The notes below the pieces were generated by a model that saw only the letters and a list, made by a program, of their open reading frames with translations, was not told where the DNA came from and made no database searches. Both the position numbers and the translations under genes were made by a program. From assembly GCA_035517695.1 (NCBI GenBank), contig DATIYI010000061.1, positions 1 through 24,000 on the forward strand: a stretch of 24,000 bases of DNA, given 5' to 3'. The DNA is from Streptosporangiaceae bacterium (GTDB lineage Bacteria > Actinomycetota > Actinomycetes > Streptosporangiales > Streptosporangiaceae). The number at the start of each line of letters is the position of its first letter. Within the stretch, counting starts at the first letter, position 1. Positions 1 to 7,433 of this stretch are shown here, piece by piece.

Positions 1-684
1 GGGTGCGGCAGCCGGGCCAGCCATTTGCGCAGCAGCGCGTTGATCTGCTCAGCCCCCAGCGCATCGCAGATCCGCTGCAGCGCGGCGGGATCATCGACGG
101 CGGCGAACCCGTTGCCGGGCGGGGTGAAGCCGATCCCGGCCCTGGCGGCCTGCCGCTGTGCCCAGTGGTTGCCGTTGACGCACAGCTTGCCGTTGTAGGG
201 AAAGTAGCTGGAGAACTTCACAAAGAACGGCCCGAAGTCGTCATCCACGCAGTAGAAGTACCACTGGTTGATCACAGCGGTGGTCTTCACGATCCACGGA
301 TAGGACACCCCGTCGGCGCCGCGGCGTTTCTCGGTCCGGAACACGCTGGTCTTCTCCTGCGCGCGGCCGATGAACAGCACTCCCTCACTGCCGTCGTGAC
401 CTGCCAGGAACTGCTGCATCACGTCGTCCTTGCGCTGTCCCTTGGCGAAGTGCACCACCGGCACCTGGTGCTCCCGGCCGTAGCAGCCGATCGCGGCCAC
501 GAACGCATCGCTGACCCGCGACAGCGGCGCGGTTGAGTTCACCGTGCAACCCAGCCGGTCAGGTAGCGATCAGGCCCAGCTCCCGCTGAAGCTGCGGCAC
601 ATGCAGGTTCATCCGGTCGATGCACTCGACCTCGAACACGACGTGATCGGACAAGACGTCGGCGACACTGCGCGGTAGCGTCAT
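1..684 (-). pseudogene. Disrupted transposase-like / multicopy conserved actinobacterial ORF; 3' part runs off the left edge of the window
   Basis: Minus-strand ATG at 684 gives MTLPRSVADVLSDHVVFEVECIDRMNLHVPQLQRELGLIAT, then TGA (559-561). A different frame from ~542 reads NSTAPLSRVSDAFVAAIGCYGREHQVPVVHFAKGQRKDDVMQQFLAGHDGSEGVLFIGRAQEKTSVFRTEKRRGADGVSYPWIVKTTAVINQWYFYCVDDDFGPFFVKFSSYFPYNGKLCVNGNHWAQRQAARAGIGFTPPGNGFAAVDDPAALQRICDALGAEQINALLRKWLARLPH. This frame has no stop before position 1, so it is missing from the ORF track. From memory this family is multicopy in actinobacteria and usually annotated hypothetical or transposase-like. I cannot assign an IS family. The frame break lies around 543-575. 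Confidence 0.5.
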
Positions 685-838
685 GAAAAGCTCCGGTCGG
701 GCCATGGCCATAGGCCACCTACCGCTAACGAGCGGTCAATAACGGGACACAGCGTGTCACCGTCAGGCACCGGCCGGAGCCCATTCGCTCAGATCAGCCA
801 GAGCAGGCACGGCTCGTCCGGCTGGGGCGAAGCCCCGT

Positions 839-999
839 TAGAACTACAGCCGCACTTTGCCAGAGGCAAGCCTCTGACCTTTAGGTAGTTAGCCTCTGAT
901 CTTTAGGTAGTTCAAACGATCTTGCTCAGATGCTGGCGATCACAGCTCGGTGACCAGCACGTTCTGTCCGAGCGGCTCGAAAGTGCGGCTGTAGTACTA
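839..999. repeat. 161-bp element bounded by 20-bp inverted repeats (1 mismatch; 16 bp perfect)
   Basis: 839-858 tagaactacagccgcacttt; the reverse complement of 980-999 is tagtactacagccgcacttt. The perfect core is 843-858 / 980-995. Local GC is visibly lower than the flanks. The interior holds a hairpin (cagaggc-aa-gcctctg, 861-876) and the 22-bp tandem repeat. Confidence 0.7.
869..912 (+). repeat. 2 x 22-bp tandem direct repeat AGCCTCTGA(C/T)CTTTAGGTAGTT
   Basis: 869-890 and 891-912 are identical except for one C/T. They are non-coding and lie inside the inverted-repeat element. Confidence 0.9.
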
Positions 1000-1330
1000 G
1001 ATCGTTGAACAGCGCTCAACGCCGATACTTGCTGCGAACTGATGATCAGCAAGCTGGCACATAATGGCCCATCGTGTATCGATCTGGCACACGATGGACC
1101 ATCACTGTCGGTGGGATCGTGCTGACTGTATGCGGCTACCTCTGCATGGTCCCTGAGCAGGCAGAATGCCACTTTGAAGCCACCGATCGCGTGTGTCCGA
1201 CAATCTCCCTGGCCGCCTATACCAAGCGCAAGAACATCATCGACCACGCCTGCATCCTCGCGGCGATCACCGAGGCCAGCGCCGACCACGAGACACCCTG
1301 ACCATCCACCACGACACCGCGAGCGTCACA

Positions 1331-1358
1331 AGGCCCCGCCACACAACCGGCGGGGCCT
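1331..1358 (+). terminator. GC-rich stem-loop (possible intrinsic terminator without a U-tract)
   Basis: aggccccgcc (1331-1340) pairs with ggcggggcct (1349-1358) around an 8-nt loop. It lies 30 nt after the stop of the weak small ORF ending at 1301. Confidence 0.3.
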
Positions 1359-1629
1359 TCTCAACACCCCAGCACGCTCATCACCTGCCCAACACGCTCA
1401 CCTTGCGTGTCCGGGGACAGATGGGTCACGCCCGCCAACGGTGCCTTGCCTGCCAGCTCAACTGGACGTGACGTCGTGCACCATGACCGGCCACATGCCC
1501 AGTAGATCGTCAGGGCGTCCCATGGGGCTGGAGAGACTGAGGTTTGATTCGTGAAGATTTGGGATAGCATGGGCGACTTGTGCAGGAATGTCCTGTTCAT
1601 GAACTACGCCCGAAGGAAGGAATCGCCTA

Positions 1630-2139
1630 GTGATTGCCGCACTACTAGCCACGACCATCGTCGTCCAGCCCGGCCAGACCCTCAGTGGGATCGCCGCCAA
1701 CGCCGGGGAGTCCCTGGCCTCCATCGAGGCCGCCAACCCGCAGGTCCCCAACCCCAACCTCATCTATCCGGGTCAGGTGATCCAAGCCGGGGGCGCGCAG
1801 ATGGACGGGGCCCCTGCCCCCGCGCCGATCCCCAGCCAGAGCGACGCCAGTAACGGGACCAGCACCCCGGTGGCAGCCCCGGCGCCTGCACCGGACAGCC
1901 AGGTCGCCAATCCTGGCAGCTTCCAGGGCTGCGTTATCCAGCACGAGTCCGGCGGCAGCGCCCAGGTGATGAACAGCTCTGGGCACTACGGCTTGTACCA
2001 GTTCGACTACTCCACGTGGGTCGCCAATGGCGGCAGCCCCGCCGACTTCGGTAATGCGAGCGCCGCCGAGCAGACCTCGGTCTTCGACCAGGCCTACAGC
2101 TCCTCCGGCAGCGCCCCGTGGGCCGGGGACGGCTGCTGA
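1630..2139 (+). CDS. LysM domain + transglycosylase-like (SLT-type) cell-wall hydrolase
   Basis: The N-terminal LysM-like segment is VQPGQTLSGIAANAGESLASIEAANPQVPNPNLIYPGQVI, followed by an Ala/Pro-rich linker. The C-terminal motif CVIQHESGGSAQVMNSSGHYGLYQFDYSTWVANGG is typical of the actinobacterial transglycosylase-like domain. A GGAAGG RBS sits upstream of GTG 1630. An in-frame TGA at 1600-1602 rules out a longer N-terminus, so no classical signal peptide is visible. Confidence 0.8.
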   Translation: MIAALLATTIVVQPGQTLSGIAANAGESLASIEAANPQVPNPNLIYPGQVIQAGGAQMDGAPAPAPIPSQSDASNGTSTPVAAPAPAPDSQVANPGSFQGCVIQHESGGSAQVMNSSGHYGLYQFDYSTWVANGGSPADFGNASAAEQTSVFDQAYSSSGSAPWAGDGC

Positions 2140-2918
2140 GCTCCAGGGATTTCGGCTAGGGGCCGGCGCGGAGCCGCCAGCCTTCCTGGCAAACTGGGGG
2201 CACAACGTCGGAGAATGACGCCCCTCCAAGCGCGACGATCAAGTAGACGGCTGCCTAGTGTCGTGCCGGTTTAGGAGACCGTCCCCGTGAATAGTGCCGG
2301 CGGAGCCACGCGTCCAGTAGTCGTCCGCTTGATCCACCAGTTGCGGTGAGCGCGCACCATCGAGGACCAGTTCACCTGTGCGTATGGGGCCGACTCGCTG
2401 CTCGGACACCGTGAGTTACCGATAGTTCTGCCCCTCTCGTACAGAACTGTGATGGTGACCTTCTTCGAGTGGGGCCACGGGGTCTGACAATCCGGCGCCG
2501 GGTGGGTTCGGGACAACCTCCAGGGTATGGGCCTTGCCGTCCCCCGCCTTCCGGGCCGGCCGACCGTCTCGGCGGCGCCGCGGGCAGCAGCAACCAAGAG
2601 GGTCCAGGCTCACCTTCAAAAGCGGTCGGGTTGCTACTGCCCGCGGTAACGGATGATCCACCGCGGGCGGGGGCAAGAATGGGCATATAGATCCCCTGAT
2701 GACAGGGGCGATCACGCCCTGCTCAGACTAGCGGGGGCCCAGATCTCCGGCCGTGCATGCGTTCCTGCTTGTAAGGCCAACCGTGAGAGCTCGGTTACTG
2801 GGTGAGATCGGAGTGTTCGTGCTTGCGCGGATGAACAGAGTGGGATGGTCCGGAATAATTGCAACATGACGTTGCCACCCCGCAAAGTCGAAGGGTGTGG
2901 ATCCCGATGCTGACAAGC

Positions 2919-3122
2919 TCAATCGGGTCGCAGCGCGCTTAGGAGACCGATAATTCCGCCCAGGCAACAGCTCCAGAGAAGCACCGTGCTAAGCCAAACG
3001 CTGTGATTAAAAAATCCCCAGATAATGGGAATTACGAAACCTGCAATCAAGACCGCGAGGACGAAAATGTAGAGGTAGCGGACGTAGTCGATCATGAAAT
3101 CGTCAACGCGGGAGCTGCTCAT
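2919..3122 (-). CDS. Small (67 aa) two-TM membrane protein of unknown function in a low-GC islet
   Basis: The product is MSSSRVDDFMIDYVRYLYIFVLAVLIAGFVIPIIWGFFNHSVWLSTVLLWSCCLGGIIGLLSALRPD, with two hydrophobic helices. A strong RBS (AGGAAGG) lies 7 nt upstream of the ATG. Hand-counted GC for 2941-3120 is about 43-57% per 60 nt, against ~70% in the flanks. Confidence 0.55.
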   Translation of the reverse strand: MSSSRVDDFMIDYVRYLYIFVLAVLIAGFVIPIIWGFFNHSVWLSTVLLWSCCLGGIIGLLSALRPD

Positions 3123-3850
3123 CTGACGACCTTCCTAGGCTGCTTGGGGTGCCAGTCTCGATGGCCCATGAATTCATGTCAAGAGTCGTGGTCCCAGGGT
3201 CCCGGACGGATCGCGCCGACGGCTCGCACCGTCAGCTGGGGGCAGACCGGGCAGAAGTCAGCAAGGGTCGGTGTGCCGGCGGGCAACGGACATCGGCCGG
3301 GAAGGACTGAGGGTCGAGTGCGGTAGAGGAGTCGGTGCTGCCGGTGCCGGTCGCATTGGTCGCAGCCATCCCGCGCATGCGGCCCGCTGCGGATGCGTAA
3401 TGGACGTAGCGCTCTTCTGATCGCTATGAAGCTGAACTGAAATCAGCTGTCCGCTAGAGCCAGCCTGGCTCTGGAGCCGTTAAAGCCGTTTAGCCGTTTC
3501 TGGCGGGAACCCCGTTGGCTGCCAGAAGGTCACACTCACAATGGAGCCGGAGATCTGCAGCCTGCTCGGAGCTAGCGCGGGGATGAAGACCCGATCTGTG
3601 GCTGTTTCTTATGATCTGTGCGCGCGCAGCAGCAATGTGAAGGTTTGAGTGAGTGTCGCACGCATCAATGAAGCGTAAAGACCTTAACCGGGGCATTAGA
3701 CCTGGGCGTAAAGGGAAGGTATTACCTACCAGCAAGACCACATCGCCTGCGCATAGGAGCAGCGCCCGGGGACGCAGATATACATCGGAGCCACCCGAGC
3801 GGCATGGCGCATCGGGCGTGAGACATGTCCACACCTCAACGGGGGAATCG

Positions 3851-5647
3851 ATGGTGAAACGCATCGCCGCCGCGCTCGCCGCGACAACCATGGCGTCCGG
3901 GGCGCTACTCGGGGGCGCGATCTCAGTGAGCGCGGCCACGACATCAACACGAACACCACCATGGTGTGAATTTTGCGGTCTTACCGGCACGAGCAGCGGC
4001 GCACGCTCGTACACCCTGCAGCCGGGCACCAGCACGAGCTTCCAGGTGTCCTACTGGAACACTGGTGCGATATCAGAAAATATCCGCCTTTACACAACCG
4101 GAAGCTACGCGTCGGTCAGTCCCGCATCCAATTACCTGCGGGCTCCGCGGCTCGGCCCGGCGAAGATCAATGCCACCGTTACCATCGCAGTGCCCGAGGG
4201 AGCGCCAGCCGGTACCGTGGCCGACAGCGTCACCGCTAGAGTGCCCGGCTTGTTCGGCATCCCCGGCCAGGGCGGTCCCTCGGTGACCTTCAGGTTCAAG
4301 GTCAACGTCACCGCCGTTCCGGTGGCCCCTGTGCCGCCGGTCGTTGGCGTTCCGGTGGCCCCTGTGCCGCCACCAACCGTTACCTGTACGAGCAACGGAG
4401 AAAGCTCGTACAACATGCAGGCGGAGGGCAACGCTGGTGCAAGGTTCGTGATCTCCTGCACGCAAGCTGGCGGCACATCAGGGACTGCTGCATTCCGCGT
4501 TAGCGGCAGCTACGCAACTGTCAGCCCGGCATCTATCTCTGTGCCTGGCAGCGCTACCGTGACCATCGCTGTGCCCAGCACCGCGCCGTCCGGAACCGTG
4601 ACCGATACCGTGAACGCGACGGCAACGACCGGCTCAGATTCTGTCTCCGCGGGCACCTTCAGTTTCGACATCAACGTTACAGCCGCTCCAGCCCCAACCC
4701 TCACGGTCACCCCCAGCAGCCTTACGCTGGCGGCCGGTGGCTCCCCTGGGTCGGTGAGCTGGACCGACACGAATGGCGGCCTGACGCTTTCCGGCCCGGC
4801 CAGCGGCTGGCTGACGGCAGGGCCACCAGCCAGTTGCCCGGACTTCTCGTGCGCAGGCTCATATAGCGTTAACGTGCCATCCGGTACGCAGCCAGGAAAG
4901 TACGACATCATTTTTACCAACGCGGGCCTGAATGGAACGTACATTTCCAAGACCCTGACGATCACGGTCACCGCTCCGGGGGCGGTATACGGAGTTAGGA
5001 TTACGAGTCCAAGATCCTCGCCGAACATCCAACAGGGCGTTACTGCGAGCTTCCCCCTCACCGTTCAGAATAGTGGAAACACCGCAGAGATTATCGGGCT
5101 TTCCACCACTGGAGCCTACGTCGGCGTCAGCCCGCCATCGGTCTCCGTGCCTGCTGGGGGATCGGCAACCTTTACCGAGACGGTCGCGGTCCCGCAGAGT
5201 GCAGAACCGGGGGCCCACCTAGCCGAGATCTATGCGAACGTGACGAATGTGAATAATGGCCCCTCGTATGGGATTGTCTTCCCGTACACCGTCACCGCGA
5301 GCGGCAGCGCGATTGGGCAGGCCCTGGAAATACTCGGGGCCTCGGTTGGATCCTCTGCCGTCCCGCCTTACACGACGGCAAGCGCCGCTCCCGTTACCAT
5401 CACGAACACGGGTAAGGTCCCGGAGACCTTCAGGCTCAGCACGTCCAGCAACAGTAGCTTGATCTCCGCGATCGAGAGCCCGAGTGGCACCGTCCAGCCA
5501 GGTGATTCCGCCACCGGCTTCATCATCCTGGCCTGGCCAACGGTCGCGCCGGGCTCCATTTCCATACCCATCACCTCCACAGCAACTGGCAGTGGCGGCG
5601 GCTCTAGTGTGGTCCTCACCGAGCCCCTGTCCATTAACGCGGCCTGA
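3851..5647 (+). CDS. Secreted protein with five tandem Ig-like (CARDB/NEW3-like) repeats; possible surface-layer or adhesin protein
   Basis: ATG 3851 follows a GGGGA RBS and gives the signal peptide MVKRIAAALAATTMASGALLGGAISVSAATTS. There are five ~95-aa repeats sharing a recurring signature, e.g. TGSYASVSPAS...ATVTIAVPEGAPAGTV, SGSYATVSPASISVPGSATVTIAVPSTAPSGTV and TGAYVGVSPPSVSVPAGGSATFTETVAVPQSAEPG. There is no LPXTG motif and no C-terminal TM segment. The ORF-track start at 3653 adds a basic, non-signal extension and was not used. Confidence 0.85.
   Translation: MVKRIAAALAATTMASGALLGGAISVSAATTSTRTPPWCEFCGLTGTSSGARSYTLQPGTSTSFQVSYWNTGAISENIRLYTTGSYASVSPASNYLRAPRLGPAKINATVTIAVPEGAPAGTVADSVTARVPGLFGIPGQGGPSVTFRFKVNVTAVPVAPVPPVVGVPVAPVPPPTVTCTSNGESSYNMQAEGNAGARFVISCTQAGGTSGTAAFRVSGSYATVSPASISVPGSATVTIAVPSTAPSGTVTDTVNATATTGSDSVSAGTFSFDINVTAAPAPTLTVTPSSLTLAAGGSPGSVSWTDTNGGLTLSGPASGWLTAGPPASCPDFSCAGSYSVNVPSGTQPGKYDIIFTNAGLNGTYISKTLTITVTAPGAVYGVRITSPRSSPNIQQGVTASFPLTVQNSGNTAEIIGLSTTGAYVGVSPPSVSVPAGGSATFTETVAVPQSAEPGAHLAEIYANVTNVNNGPSYGIVFPYTVTASGSAIGQALEILGASVGSSAVPPYTTASAAPVTITNTGKVPETFRLSTSSNSSLISAIESPSGTVQPGDSATGFIILAWPTVAPGSISIPITSTATGSGGGSSVVLTEPLSINAA
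4316..4371 (+). repeat. In-frame 33-bp duplication encoding the proline-rich linker VPVAPVPP
   Basis: gttccggtggcccctgtgccgcc occurs at 4316-4338 and again at 4349-4371. It lies between repeat domains 1 and 2 of the surface protein. Confidence 0.85.
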
Positions 5648-5682
5648 ATTGATATCCCGCTATAACATTGGTCCTCAAGCCA

Positions 5683-5714
5683 GCGCAGGCGGTTAGCGGT
5701 GGTTGAGCCTGCGC
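5683..5714 (+). terminator. Stem-loop 36 nt after the surface-protein stop codon
   Basis: gcgcaggc (5683-5690) pairs with gcctgcgc (5707-5714) around a 16-nt loop. Confidence 0.35.
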
Positions 5715-5837
5715 GAACGAGCGGAACTTGTCCAGGCCCGGACCTGGCGCTGGGCCTGGTGGAGCCAGGCTGGTCGCCTCGACGACTAGCTAGGGCCGGC
5801 GCGGCGCCGGCGAACCTGGCGGCGTAGAGGATCCACC

Positions 5838-5872
5838 GCGCCGCCTCCCGCGCGGGGCGCGGGAGGCGGCGC
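5838..5872. repeat. Perfect palindrome: 16-bp arms with a 3-nt centre
   Basis: gcgccgcctcccgcgc-ggg-gcgcgggaggcggcgc. A second 17-bp palindrome gccggcgc-g-gcgccggc lies at 5795-5811. Both sit in a ~470-bp stretch with no credible ORF. Confidence 0.9.
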
Positions 5873-6120
5873 CTGGCCGCCGCTTCTGGCACGATGTCCC
5901 GCCTCCCGCCGGTACCCCAGACTTGTCCTTGTGTGGGGGCCGCCGGTGGACGTTCTCCGGGCCGGCACTGCGGGTCCCGGGAACGGCCCCGGGCCAATAC
6001 GCGGGCGCGGGTGAGACAAATATCAGAGAATGACACTTCTTCGTTGCCGGGGCACCCGTTCGTGCTGCCAGTGCCCTCGTGGGCGCGCGATTGAGTGACC
6101 TCCGCGTCAGCGTCCGCGGG

Positions 6121-6960
6121 TCACCGGAGCGTGCCCAGGTCGAGGTCGTAAAGCCAGCCGGTCGCCTTCTCGTAGAAGCGGTTCAACACGTGCGGCATGA
6201 TCATTTCACGCATTTGGGTGGCGATCGGGCCCGCGGTCTTGGCGTCCCGGTTGCGGGTCTCCATCTTGGCTAGCTTGCCGGCCCGCGGCTGCCGCTCGTG
6301 GTCATAGGCGGCCAGCGCCCGGGGGATCGTGCCTGCCTCGGCTCCTGCGAGGTACCTGGCGAGGATTACCGCGTCCTCCATCGCGATGGACGCCCCCTGC
6401 CCGGCGCCGACCGGGTGCGCGGCGTCGCCGATCAGCACGGTCCGGCCGCCGTACCGGTGGATGACCGGCTTGAGTACGTGTCCCAGGTTCGCCGCGCGCG
6501 GTGGCGGCCCGCAGCACGGCCGTTGCCTGCACCTCGGTGCCGAACAGTGCGGTGAGCTCGGCCACGACGATGGTGGCCGGGTCGGGCGGCGGCTCGGAAG
6601 CGGAGACCTGGGCGGTCCCATCCGGGACGGGAAGGAAGATGAACACCCCGTGCCTGGCGAAGATGCAGTTTAAGCCGTCCCGGGGCAGGCCGGCCGGCAC
6701 ACTGCCGGAGGTGCCGGGAACCTCAGTAGAGCCCGGTGTAGGCCGGCTCGAGTGCTGCTAGGCCCAGGGCGCGCCGGGTCGCGGACCAGATGCCGTCGGC
6801 CCCGACGATGAGGTCAGCGTCCGCTGTCCGCGGGTCGGGTTCGCCGTGCAGCCGCTGGCCGGTGACGATCCGGGCGCCTGATTCCAGTGCCGCGGTTCGC
6901 AGCCCTGTGACTAGGTCGGCGCGCGTGAGCGTGACGCTGTGCAGCGGGTCCTCGGGGCGG
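6121..6960 (-). pseudogene. FAD-dependent monooxygenase remnant, N-terminally truncated with at least two frameshifts
   Basis: Three minus-strand frames carry consecutive pieces. The first is PEDPLHSVTLTRADLVTGLRTAALESGARIVTGQRLHGEPDPRTADADLIVGADGIWSATRRALGLAALEPAYTGLY, then a stop (6723-6725). The second is TEVPGTSGSVPAGLPRDGLNCIFARHGVFIFLPVPDGTAQVSASEPPPDPATIVVAELTALFGTEVQATAVLRAAT. After a frame change near 6488-6510 the third reads NLGHVLKPVIHRYGGRTVLIGDAAHPVGAGQGASIAMEDAVILARYLAG...LYDLDLGTLR. The GADG and GDAAHP motifs are present. The N-terminal GxGxxG FAD-binding part is absent. Confidence 0.75.
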
Positions 6961-6992
6961 CGGGCCGCCGCCGGTGGCCGATTTCAGCCGGC

Positions 6993-7433
6993 TCAACCGA
7001 CGGGATCGGCCAGCCGCTCCGGGCCGGAATCGGTAAGATCGAGGACCTTCTCGCCTTCGGGTTCCGGCAGTTCGAGCGCACCCGCACCCGCACTCGGCCG
7101 ACGTGGCCGCCGCGAGGGCGAGCCGGCGCTGCCGCCGCGGCCACGGTAGATTAGCAGCCCGTTCACCCGGTCGGGCACGGCGTCGAGCGCTGCCTGCACC
7201 TGCGGAAGGCCTCGGAAGGCGTCCCACTCGGCTTCATTTTCGAACGCGGCCTCGAAGACCACACCTGTCCGGTGCTCGTGCCACCCCCAGTCGACGGCAC
7301 CGTGGGTGACAGCCGACTCGGTCAGTTCCGAGCCATACGAATCCTTCCAACGGGCTGCGGAAAACTCCCCGTGGAACACTTCGATCGACCACCAGTCAGC
7401 CACGGTGTCCACCGTAAGCGGGCCGGGGATCAC
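6993..7433 (-). CDS. Hypothetical protein (146 aa)
   Basis: The ORF has a GTG start at 7433. The N-terminal ~95 aa look globular (VADWWSIEVFHGEFSAARWKDSYGSELTESAVTHGAVDWGWHEHRTGVVFEAAFENEAEWDAFRGLPQVQAALDAV). The C-terminal ~45 aa are low-complexity (RGRGGSAGSPSRRPRRPSAG...). I recognised no family. Confidence 0.5.
   Translation of the reverse strand: MIPGPLTVDTVADWWSIEVFHGEFSAARWKDSYGSELTESAVTHGAVDWGWHEHRTGVVFEAAFENEAEWDAFRGLPQVQAALDAVPDRVNGLLIYRGRGGSAGSPSRRPRRPSAGAGALELPEPEGEKVLDLTDSGPERLADPVG

Noticed and set aside
3-536. 177-aa plus-strand ORF in the track
   Set aside because: It is the antisense shadow of the minus-strand transposase-like ORF, whose translation shows a coherent conserved protein. 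The plus-strand product is Arg/Gly/Pro/Ala-rich with no recognisable motif.
1074-1301. 75-aa plus-strand ORF (or a 51-aa version from ATG 1146) followed by a hairpin at 1331-1358
   Set aside because: It has no recognisable family, no convincing RBS and unusual composition, and it overlaps an equally unconvincing minus-strand ORF (912-1289). I kept it only as context for the repeat element.
1359-1629. c-di-AMP (ydaO-type) riboswitch in the ~270-nt leader of the LysM transglycosylase gene, as is common for actinobacterial cell-wall hydrolases
   Set aside because: I looked for the conserved ydaO blocks (GGGGA...CCCA pairings and the CCCGAAxCCGACAGCUAACCUCGUAAGCG 3' block). Only an isolated CCCGAA at about 1609-1614 is present. 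An Infernal scan would be decisive.
2271-2715. Three mutually overlapping minus-strand ORFs (99-108 aa)
   Set aside because: None has motifs I recognise. All are Arg/Pro/Gly-rich and mutually exclusive. They are more likely non-coding DNA or the debris of a dead gene.
2271-2949. Shared 11-mer TTAGGAGACCG at 2271-2281 and 2939-2949
   Set aside because: An 11-bp match is expected many times by chance in a 24-kb window, and there is no extended similarity around it.
3179-3420. Sub-threshold minus-strand reading frame with a CxxC...CxxC pattern (DGCDQC ... DFCPVCPQ) just upstream of the small membrane protein gene
   Set aside because: It has no ATG or GTG start in frame between the upstream stop and the motif. 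The only start-like codon is a late TTG. The third-position GC bias is not clearly coding, so the pattern could be chance in GC-rich DNA.
3653-3850. N-terminal 66-aa extension of the surface protein given by the track ORF start
   Set aside because: The extension is strongly basic and precedes a textbook signal peptide that has its own ATG and RBS at 3851.
5368-6036. 222-aa minus-strand ORF spanning the surface-protein 3' end and the palindrome spacer
   Set aside because: It overlaps the well-supported surface-protein CDS and runs through two perfect palindromes. Its product is Arg/Pro/Ala-rich.
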